DNA of 6,181 nucleotides from a virus (Duplodnaviria; Heunggongvirae; Uroviricota; Caudoviricetes): IMG/VR virus record IMGVR_UViG_2693429562_000008; one strand, 5' to 3'. Shown piece by piece: positions 1 to 5,424 of this stretch (position 1 is its first letter; each line of letters starts with the position of its first letter). The notes under the pieces were generated by a model. It saw only the letters and a program-made list of their open reading frames with translations, ran no database searches and was not told where the DNA came from. The position numbers and the translations under genes were made by a program.

Positions 1-1
1 A

Positions 2-157
2 CTGGTTGTCTGGAGATTCAGGGGGCCAGTCTACGGACATTTTCTGCCTGTGGACCAGGAAAGTGCACGGGTGCTTTCCACTCCCATGAAGCCCGGCAAT
101 CCGCGCAGATACAGTAATAAACGAACTGACAGCAGTAAGATGGAGCGTTTCTTTTGA
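2..157 (+). CDS. possible 3' end of an upstream nin-region gene (partial, enters from window edge)
   Basis: Frame 2 is open from the window edge to TGA at 155-157, and that stop overlaps the TTG at 154-156 that opens the next ORF. Frame 1 is also open to TAA at 115-117, so frame choice is uncertain. No motif recognised. Confidence 0.25.
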   Translation: MVVWRFRGPVYGHFLPVDQESARVLSTPMKPGNPRRYSNKRTDSSKMERFF

Positions 158-411
158 ACAACCAGACAATGACTTTTACCCCTGAACAATTGCGTAAACA
201 CGCGCAGGAAATGCTGCGTCATGCTGAACAACTCGAAAAAACGGGCATAACAAAAGACGCTATCCGTAAAGATATGGTACCCGCGCTTCGGGAACTGATG
301 CAGGCGAAGCATCGCGCACAGAAAGCAGTAGATGAGCTGGTGGACTGTGTGGCAGAGCTGGAAACCAGAGTCGGAAAGTTTGAAAAACTGGTGCAGGAGG
401 TGCTGCGCTGA
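154..411 (+). CDS. hypothetical small phage protein (85 aa from TTG 154, or 80 aa from ATG 169)
   Basis: Intact ORF; GGAG at 142-145 lies 8 nt before TTG 154, and ATG 169 is an in-frame alternative start. Its TGA (409-411) overlaps the rusA ATG (411-413). Charged, helical-looking sequence with no domain recognised. Confidence 0.6.
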   Translation: MNNQTMTFTPEQLRKHAQEMLRHAEQLEKTGITKDAIRKDMVPALRELMQAKHRAQKAVDELVDCVAELETRVGKFEKLVQEVLR

Positions 412-785
412 TGCGCCATGAGTTTATTTTACCTTATCCGCCGACGGTGAATACTTACTGGCGACGTCGTGACAACACATATTTTGTATCAAAAGCCGGT
501 GAGCGTTATCGCCGGGATGTGGCGCTTATTGTCCGTCAGCAGCGACTGAAATTAAGCCTGTCCGGAAGACTGGCGATAAAGATTATTGCAGAGCCACCGG
601 ATAAGCGCCGTCGTGACCTGGACAATATCCTGAAAGCACCACTGGATGCACTGACACATGCGGGAGTGTTAATGGACGATGAGCAGTTTGATGAAATCAA
701 TATCGTTCGTGGTCAGCCAGTATCTGGTGGACGTCTGGGGGTGAAGATTTACCCCATAATGCATGAAGAGCAGGTCAAAAAATGA
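411..785 (+). CDS. rusA: RusA-family Holliday junction resolvase (crossover junction endodeoxyribonuclease)
   Basis: 124 aa carrying recalled RusA hallmarks: LPYPPTVNTYWRRR near the N-terminus, PDKRRRDLDN acidic catalytic block, DALTHAGVLMDDEQ and GGRL. AGGAGG at 395-400 lies 10 nt before the ATG. Sits directly upstream of Q as in lambdoid nin regions. Confidence 0.9.
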   Translation: MRHEFILPYPPTVNTYWRRRDNTYFVSKAGERYRRDVALIVRQQRLKLSLSGRLAIKIIAEPPDKRRRDLDNILKAPLDALTHAGVLMDDEQFDEINIVRGQPVSGGRLGVKIYPIMHEEQVKK

Positions 786-1636
786 AACTGGAAGATTTAC
801 CGAAATACTACTCCCCAAAATCCCCTTGCCTGACCGATGCATCGGCCTCAACGTCAAAAGATGCGCTGAGTATCACTGATGTGATGGCCGCGCAGGGCAT
901 GACACAGAATCGGGCTGAGATGGGGTTTTCTGCGTTCCTGGGGAAAATGGGCATCAGTATGAATGACAGGGCGCGGGCAACAGAATTACTGGCAGATTAT
1001 GCACTCAGTCGGTGCGATCGTGTGGCGGCGTTGAGAAAACTTCCGGCAGAAATAAAACCGGTAGTGATGCGCATTATGGCTTCGTACGCTTTTGAGGATT
1101 ATGCCCGCAGCGCAGCGAGTAAAAAGCAGTGCCCTTGTTGCTATGGGGAAAAATTTATTGAAAGCGTAGTTTTTACAAACAAGGTCCAGTATCCGGATGG
1201 TAAGCCGCCGGTATGGGCAAAGTGTACGAAAGGTGTGTATCCGTCTTACTGGGAAGAATGGAAAAAAGTCAGGGAGGTGGTAAAAGTTGCCTGTCCGGAG
1301 TGTGGCGGAAAGGGTGAGGTTTCCACCGCCTGTAAGGATTGCCGTGGGCGTGGTGTCGCCATTCATCGTGAAGAGTCGGTAAAACGTGGTATGCCTGTTA
1401 TCAGAGACTGCCAGCGTTGTGGTGGTCGTGGCTATGAAAGACTACCATCAACGGAGGCATTTAATGCTATATGCGAGGTGACAAACCAGATAACACGCGC
1501 GTCATGGGAAAAAACAGTTAAGAAATTCTATGATGCGCTGGTGACTCGGTTTGATATTGAAGAAGCATGGGCTGAGCGGCAGTTAAAAAAGGTAACTAGG
1601 TTGATTTTTCCGGAATCTGTGGTAAATTCGTCATAA
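782..1636 (+). CDS. Q: late-gene antitermination protein Q (lambda-Q family, extended zinc-finger region)
   Basis: 284 aa. N-terminus MKLEDLPKYYSPKSP and C-terminal YDALVTRFDIEEAWA align with recalled lambda Q (MRLESVAKFHSPKSP ... YDALVVQCHKEESIA). Contains CxxCxGxG motifs. ATGA overlap with the rusA stop. A pR'-like promoter lies in its 3' end. Confidence 0.9.
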   Translation: MKLEDLPKYYSPKSPCLTDASASTSKDALSITDVMAAQGMTQNRAEMGFSAFLGKMGISMNDRARATELLADYALSRCDRVAALRKLPAEIKPVVMRIMASYAFEDYARSAASKKQCPCCYGEKFIESVVFTNKVQYPDGKPPVWAKCTKGVYPSYWEEWKKVREVVKVACPECGGKGEVSTACKDCRGRGVAIHREESVKRGMPVIRDCQRCGGRGYERLPSTEAFNAICEVTNQITRASWEKTVKKFYDALVTRFDIEEAWAERQLKKVTRLIFPESVVNSS

Positions 1637-1640
1637 CTAT
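1601..1640 (+). promoter_or_regulatory. pR'-like late promoter with qut / sigma-dependent pause element
   Basis: TTGATT (1601-1606), 16-nt spacer, TAAATT (1623-1628), predicted +1 at A1635, then AACTAT-GGG (1635-1643). This parallels recalled lambda pR' (TTGACT ... TAAATT ... AACGATGGG). Confidence 0.55.
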
Positions 1641-1676
1641 GGGCGTTTTATGCCTGACGTTAGAAGAGTTTCTACA

Positions 1677-1699
1677 ACCCGCCGCCGAGCGGGTTTTTT
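1677..1699 (+). terminator. tR'-like intrinsic terminator
   Basis: 6-bp stem ACCCGC / GCGGGT with a 6-nt loop, followed by a T-run (1695-1699). About 65 nt downstream of the predicted pR' start. Confidence 0.6.
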
Positions 1700-1700
1700 A

Positions 1701-1729
1701 TTGCGGAATTAATTACGGACCGTTATTAT
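1701..1729 (+). promoter_or_regulatory. candidate sigma70 promoter for tRNA cluster 1
   Basis: TTGCGG (1701-1706), 17-nt spacer, TATTAT (1724-1729); the tRNA 5' end is 10 nt downstream. The same arrangement recurs before cluster 2. Confidence 0.4.
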
Positions 1730-1738
1730 TCTGCTCCC

Positions 1739-1814
1739 GGCCCTTTAGCTCAGTGGTGAGAGCGAGCGACTCATAATCGCCAGGTCGCTGGTTCAAATCC
1801 AGCAAGGGCCACCA
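1739..1814 (+). tRNA. ileZ: tRNA-Ile2 (anticodon CAU, lysidine type, reads AUA)
   Basis: Cloverleaf hand-folded: acceptor GGCCCTT/AAGGGCC, D stem GCTC/GAGC, anticodon loop CTCATAA, T stem GCTGG/CCAGC with TTCAAAT loop, encoded CCA. Very similar to E. coli ileX as recalled. Symbol follows the ileZ-argN-argO naming of lambdoid/Stx phages. Confidence 0.9.
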
Positions 1815-1821
1815 TCACAAA

Positions 1822-1901
1822 CCGCCATTAGCTTATCAGGAAGAGCAGACGACACGATAACAGGGTTGTTGGTGCGGGGGCGGGTCCCCGATGGCGGTCC
1901 A
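1822..1901 (+). tRNA. tRNA-like sequence, probably a degenerate or remodelled tRNA-Arg (argN position)
   Basis: Acceptor (CCGCCAT/ATGGCGG), D arm and CCA match the intact tRNA-Arg(UCG) at 4369-4445. The anticodon/variable region is replaced by a 28-nt segment with no canonical anticodon stem, and the T loop is a non-canonical GCGGGT. Confidence 0.5.
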
Positions 1902-1914
1902 TTATCGGTATTCA

Positions 1915-1991
1915 GCGTTGTTAGCTCAGCCGGACAGAGCAATTGCCTTCTAAGCAATCGGTCACTGGTTCGAATCCAGTACAGCGCGCCA
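1915..1991 (+). tRNA. argO: tRNA-Arg (anticodon UCU, reads AGA/AGG)
   Basis: Acceptor GCGTTGT/ACAGCGC (one G-U), D stem GCTC/GAGC, anticodon stem ATTGC/GCAAT with loop CTTCTAA, T stem ACTGG/CCAGT with TTCGAAT loop, encoded CCA. Confidence 0.9.
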
Positions 1992-2101
1992 TATTCATTC
2001 TTCCAGATTCCTTCCGGCAGAGCCTTATACTGAAATATACCTGGCTCAGGATATTGTTGAAAATATTTTATGTTTGTCAAAAATAAAAGTTCTGTTAAGT
2101 A

Positions 2102-2455
2102 TTGATTGAGTGTTTGTTATACGGTCTAATGGTTTTTTCAGCATTAAATATTTATCATTCATATGGTGTGGGTAGAGTGAATATTGATGAGGCGTCGGGG
2201 TGTTTCATCCTTAGGCAGCGTATTGATATAGTCAATGCAGCACGAGCAAAGGCCTTCAGCCGTTTGACAGTTTTGTTCTGTACTCCTGATCGTCTTTCGG
2301 GAAGAGACGTTATTATTCTGAATAGTGATGCTATACAGAGGGTTTGCGATGAGTTCATGGTTGCTAATTCAGAATTATTTGCTCTTGTTCAGGAGTACAA
2401 CAGAATAGCCAGGACCTGTGGTATGGATGAACTTCGGATTACTCATCTGGGGTAG
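2102..2455 (+). CDS. hypothetical protein in AT-rich island (117 aa from TTG; start uncertain)
   Basis: Only sizeable ORF in the AT-rich 1992-2460 segment. No clear Shine-Dalgarno; alternative starts ATG 2129, GTG 2168 and GTG 2177. Enriched in rare codons (ATA x3, AGA x3, AGG x3, CGA x1 in 117 codons). No domain recognised. Confidence 0.35.
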   Translation: MIECLLYGLMVFSALNIYHSYGVGRVNIDEASGCFILRQRIDIVNAARAKAFSRLTVLFCTPDRLSGRDVIILNSDAIQRVCDEFMVANSELFALVQEYNRIARTCGMDELRITHLG

Positions 2456-2602
2456 ATACATATCTGGATTATCACCTGTTACGGTAAAAAGTGATTGCTT
2501 ACTGTTTTTGTGAATGGCATTGCAGCAGCCGGATAATGTCAGTGCTGGCTGACGGTGTGCTGGTGGCGGGTGTGGTGGTTGTTGCTTTCCCGTTGCTGAA
2601 AA

Positions 2603-2739
2603 AGAAAACGCCAGACTGTTAGCCGGGTATCAGTTAGCGGGAGAAATTTTTAAATACTTCACAATTCAGGCGGTTGACTGTTGTCTGGTTTGCGGGGAGT
2701 TTGTTAAAAGAAACTGGCATGGTGAATCCCCCTGTGCGG
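2603..2739 (+). repeat. methyltransferase leader repeat, copy A (includes the MTase ATG at 2719)
   Basis: 137/137 nt identical to 5128-5264. The repeat may continue into the N-run that starts at 2740. Confidence 0.85.
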
Positions 2740-4245
2740 NNNNNNNNNNNNNNNNNNNNNNNNNNNNNNNNNNNNNNNNNNNNNNNNNNNNNNNNNNNNN
2801 NNNNNNNNNNNNNNNNNNNNNNNNNNNNNNNNNNNNNNNNNNNNNNNNNNNNNNNNNNNNNNNNNNNNNNNNNNNNNNNNNNNNNNNNNNNNNNNNNNNN
2901 NNNNNNNNNNNNNNNNNNNNNNNNNNNNNNNNNNNNNNNNNNNNNNNNNNNNNNNNNNNNNNNNNNNNNNNNNNNNNNNNNNNNNNNNNNNNNNNNNNNN
3001 NNNNNNNNNNNNNNNNNNNNNNNNNNNNNNNNNNNNNNNNNNNNNNNNNGGTTCACAAGCAAACCTCAGGCCCACTGCTTTGCGCAAAAGCAGAATGAGC
3101 CTATCAGAGACAGGCNNNNNNNNNNNNNNNNNNNNNNNNNNNNNNNNNNNNNNNNNNNNNNNNNNNNNNNNNNNNNNNNNNNNNNNNNNNNNNNNNNNNN
3201 NNNNNNNNNNNNNNNNNNNNNNNNNNNNNNNNNNNNNNNNNNNNNNNNNNNNNNNNCCCCGCCGTACTTTAAAGTGAAGCCTGAGGGCTGGGATAACCAG
3301 TGGAAGGGCGACGATGATTACCTGAAGTGGCTGGNNNNNNNNNNNNNNNNNNNNNNNNNNNNNNNNNNNNNNNNNNNNNNNNNNNNNNNNCGGGTGCTGA
3401 AACCTGCCGGAAGTCTTTACCTGTTCTGTGGTCATCGCCTGGCATCTGATATCGAAATCATGATGCGTGAACGCTTCAGTGTGCTGAACCATATTATCTG
3501 GGCGAAGCCGTCCGGACGCTGGAACGGATGCAACAAGGAAAGCCTGCGGGCGTATTTCCCCGCCACAGAGCGCATTCTGTTCGCGGAACATTATCAGGGG
3601 CCGTATCGTCCGAAAGATGCCGGGTATGCGGCGAAGGGCAGTGCACTGAAACAGCATGTGATGGCCCCGCTGATTTCTTACTTTCGTGATGCGCGAGCTG
3701 CCCTGGGGATAACGGCAAAACAGATTGCAGATGCCACAGGAAAGAAAAACATGGTGTCGCACTGGTTCAGTGCCGGTCAGTGGCAGTTGCCGAATGAAAG
3801 CGATTATCTGAAATTACAGGCGCTGTTTGCCCGGGTGGCAGAAGAGAAGCATCGGCGTGGTGAACTGGAAAAGCTCCACCACCAGCTGGTGGATACGTAT
3901 ACCTCACTGAACCGGCAGTATGCGGAGCTGCTGAGTGAATATAAACATCTGCGGCGGTATTTTGGCGTGACGGTGCAGGTGCCGTATACCGATGTGTGGA
4001 CGCATAAACCGGTGCAGTTCTATCCCGGGAAACATCCGTGCGAAAAACCGGCAGAAATGCTGCAGCAGATAATCAGCGCTAGCAGTCGTCCGGGTGACCT
4101 GATTGCAGATTTTTTCATGGGGTTGGGTTCGACAGTGAAAGCGGCACTGGCGCTCGGGCGTCGTGCAATTGGCGTTGAGCTGGAGACTGAACGTTTTGAG
4201 CAGACGGTTCGGGAAGTACAGGATTTAGTCAGCCAGAACGGATGA
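2719..4245 (+). CDS. DNA methyltransferase, N6-adenine/N4-cytosine family (PF01555-like, beta-class motif order); N-terminal boundary uncertain
   Basis: PPY of motif IV at 3259-3267 (preceding residue masked) and AdoMet motif I DFFMGLGSTV at about 4108-4137, close to the C-terminus. Host-like codon usage. Frame stays open through every readable fragment between N-runs, and ATG 2719 is in frame if N-run lengths are true. Start could instead lie inside the masked 3116-3256; the readable certain part is 3257-4245. Confidence 0.65.
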   Translation: MVNPPVRXXXXXXXXXXXXXXXXXXXXXXXXXXXXXXXXXXXXXXXXXXXXXXXXXXXXXXXXXXXXXXXXXXXXXXXXXXXXXXXXXXXXXXXXXXXXXXXXXXXXXXXXFTSKPQAHCFAQKQNEPIRDRXXXXXXXXXXXXXXXXXXXXXXXXXXXXXXXXXXXXXXXXXXXXXXXXPPYFKVKPEGWDNQWKGDDDYLKWLXXXXXXXXXXXXXXXXXXXRVLKPAGSLYLFCGHRLASDIEIMMRERFSVLNHIIWAKPSGRWNGCNKESLRAYFPATERILFAEHYQGPYRPKDAGYAAKGSALKQHVMAPLISYFRDARAALGITAKQIADATGKKNMVSHWFSAGQWQLPNESDYLKLQALFARVAEEKHRRGELEKLHHQLVDTYTSLNRQYAELLSEYKHLRRYFGVTVQVPYTDVWTHKPVQFYPGKHPCEKPAEMLQQIISASSRPGDLIADFFMGLGSTVKAALALGRRAIGVELETERFEQTVREVQDLVSQNG

Positions 4246-4247
4246 TA

Positions 4248-4276
4248 TTGAAGAATTAATTACGCGTCGTTATTAT
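4248..4276 (+). promoter_or_regulatory. candidate sigma70 promoter for tRNA cluster 2
   Basis: TTGAAG (4248-4253), 17-nt spacer, TATTAT (4271-4276); the tRNA 5' end is 10 nt downstream. The -35 overlaps the MTase stop codon region. Confidence 0.4.
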
Positions 4277-4285
4277 GCGGCTCCC

Positions 4286-4361
4286 GGCCCTTTAGCTCAG
4301 TGGTGAGAGCGAGCGACTCATAATCGCCAGGTCGCTGGTTCAAATCCAGCAAGGGCCACCA
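4286..4361 (+). tRNA. ileZ: tRNA-Ile2 (anticodon CAU), second copy
   Basis: Identical in sequence to 1739-1814. Confidence 0.9.
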
Positions 4362-4368
4362 TCACATA

Positions 4369-4445
4369 CCGCCATTAGCTCATCAGGAAAGAGCGCCAGC
4401 CTTCGAAGCTGGCTGCGCGGGGTTCAAGTCCCCGATGGCGGTCCA
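4369..4445 (+). tRNA. argN: tRNA-Arg (anticodon UCG by hand fold)
   Basis: Acceptor CCGCCAT/ATGGCGG, D stem GCTC/GAGC, anticodon stem CCAGC/GCTGG with loop CTTCGAA, T stem CGGGG/CCCCG with TTCAAGT loop, discriminator T, encoded CCA. Symbol assigned by position in the ileZ-argN-argO order, not by sequence identity. Confidence 0.8.
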
Positions 4446-4458
4446 TTATCTGCATCAT

Positions 4459-4535
4459 GCGTTGTTAGCTCAGCCGGACAGAGCAATTGCCTTCTAAGCA
4501 ATCGGTCACTGGTTCGAATCCAGTACAACGCGCCA
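4459..4535 (+). tRNA. argO: tRNA-Arg (anticodon UCU), second copy
   Basis: Same as 1915-1991 except one acceptor-stem change that turns the G-U pair into A-U. Confidence 0.9.
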
Positions 4536-4549
4536 CACTTATTTTCCCT

Positions 4550-4575
4550 GGCTCGCTTTTGCGGGCCTTTTTTTT
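4550..4575 (+). terminator. intrinsic terminator after tRNA cluster 2
   Basis: 7-bp stem GGCTCGC / GCGGGCC (one G-U) with TTTT loop, followed by eight T (4568-4575). Confidence 0.7.
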
Positions 4576-4650
4576 AAATGTCTCACAATTCAGACGGTTG
4601 ACAGTTGTCTGTTTTGCGGGGAGTTTGTTAAAAGAAACTGGCATGGTGAA
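4568..4650 (+). repeat. methyltransferase leader repeat, copy B (diverged, about 93% identical; includes ATG at 4643)
   Basis: Aligns to 2646-2728 with 6 mismatches. Its -35-like hexamer is a perfect TTGACA. Runs directly into the 477-nt N-run. Confidence 0.8.
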
Positions 4651-5127
4651 NNNNNNNNNNNNNNNNNNNNNNNNNNNNNNNNNNNNNNNNNNNNNNNNNN
4701 NNNNNNNNNNNNNNNNNNNNNNNNNNNNNNNNNNNNNNNNNNNNNNNNNNNNNNNNNNNNNNNNNNNNNNNNNNNNNNNNNNNNNNNNNNNNNNNNNNNN
4801 NNNNNNNNNNNNNNNNNNNNNNNNNNNNNNNNNNNNNNNNNNNNNNNNNNNNNNNNNNNNNNNNNNNNNNNNNNNNNNNNNNNNNNNNNNNNNNNNNNNN
4901 NNNNNNNNNNNNNNNNNNNNNNNNNNNNNNNNNNNNNNNNNNNNNNNNNNNNNNNNNNNNNNNNNNNNNNNNNNNNNNNNNNNNNNNNNNNNNNNNNNNN
5001 NNNNNNNNNNNNNNNNNNNNNNNNNNNNNNNNNNNNNNNNNNNNNNNNNNNNNNNNNNNNNNNNNNNNNNNNNNNNNNNNNNNNNNNNNNNNNNNNNNNN
5101 NNNNNNNNNNNNNNNNNNNNNNNNNNN

Positions 5128-5264
5128 AGAAAACGCCAGACTGTTAGCCGGGTATCAGTTAGCGGGAGAAATTTTTAAATACTTCACAATTCAGGCGGTT
5201 GACTGTTGTCTGGTTTGCGGGGAGTTTGTTAAAAGAAACTGGCATGGTGAATCCCCCTGTGCGG
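5128..5264 (+). repeat. methyltransferase leader repeat, copy C (includes ATG at 5244)
   Basis: 137/137 nt identical to 2603-2739. Preceded by an N-run, so the true left end is unknown. Confidence 0.85.
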
Positions 5265-5321
5265 AGGGGCAATCAGCGAGTAGGTATATGGGATAATCGC
5301 GGATTCAGGTGCTGGTACTGA
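5244..5321 (+). pseudogene. 25-codon ORF sharing the MTase start (MVNPPVR...), likely a truncated MTase 5' remnant
   Basis: Same leader, same ATG and same first 7 codons as the MTase at 2719, then different sequence and TGA at 5319-5321. Confidence 0.3.
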
Positions 5322-5372
5322 ATTCACCGGGAGGCACCCGGCACCATGCAATGGCACATAGCGCCACTCTCC

Positions 5373-5400
5373 AGCCCCTCTCCGGAGGGGCTGTTTATAT
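5373..5400 (+). terminator. candidate intrinsic terminator
   Basis: 8-bp GC-rich stem AGCCCCTC / GAGGGGCT with TCCG tetraloop, followed by GTTTATATTGATTTTGT. Confidence 0.45.
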
Positions 5401-5424
5401 TGATTTTGTCAGATGTGAGTAAAC

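Noticed and set aside
31-312. 93-aa minus-strand ORF from the six-frame track
   Set aside because: Antisense to the coupled + strand genes at 2-157 and 154-411, with no ribosome-binding site or motif. Most likely a shadow ORF.
219-419. 66-aa minus-strand ORF
   Set aside because: Lies wholly antisense within the 154-411 gene and the rusA start; low-complexity Ser/Thr-rich translation.
669-857. 62-aa minus-strand ORF
   Set aside because: Antisense across the rusA/Q junction, which is well supported on the + strand.
986-1366. 126-aa minus-strand ORF
   Set aside because: Antisense inside Q; the Q reading frame has clear homology and the antisense frame has none.
1793-2080. 95-aa minus-strand ORF
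   Set aside because: Overlaps all three tRNA genes of cluster 1 on the opposite strand; an artefact of the structured tRNA sequence.
2155-2358. 67-aa minus-strand ORF
   Set aside because: Antisense within the AT-rich + strand ORF, with no ribosome-binding site; neither is strongly supported, but the + ORF is longer and shows the rare-codon pattern.
1992-2600. Shiga-toxin-like cargo at the classic post-tRNA position
   Set aside because: No ORF of stxA/stxB size or character is visible; the only ORF here is an unrelated 117-codon frame. The N-runs are too short (at most 477 nt) to hide stxA plus stxB, though a small gene could hide there.
2674-2715. Sigma70 promoter and start-codon-sequestering hairpin inside the leader repeat
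   Set aside because: TTGACT/TTGACA is present, but no acceptable -10 lies at 16-18 bp spacing. The possible GGGGA/TCCCC and AGTTT/AAACT pairings are short and AU-rich. Too weak to call without folding or transcript mapping.
3080-3277. 65-aa + strand ORF in a second frame
   Set aside because: Only 12 real codons; the rest is N-run. It is out of frame with the PPY motif downstream.
2634-3762. Minus-strand ORFs 2634-3062, 2704-3762 and 3494-3718
   Set aside because: Their apparent length comes from N-runs translated as X, which cannot contain stops. They are antisense to the methyltransferase frame that carries real motifs.
2603-5264. CRISPR array as an explanation for the repeated leader
   Set aside because: Repeat units are 80-137 bp, only three copies, irregularly spaced over kilobases and containing a start codon. 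This does not fit the 25-50 bp regular repeat-spacer architecture.
4487-5296. 269-aa + strand ORF
   Set aside because: Starts inside a tRNA gene, crosses a strong terminator and consists mostly of the 477-nt N-run. Not a real reading frame as drawn.
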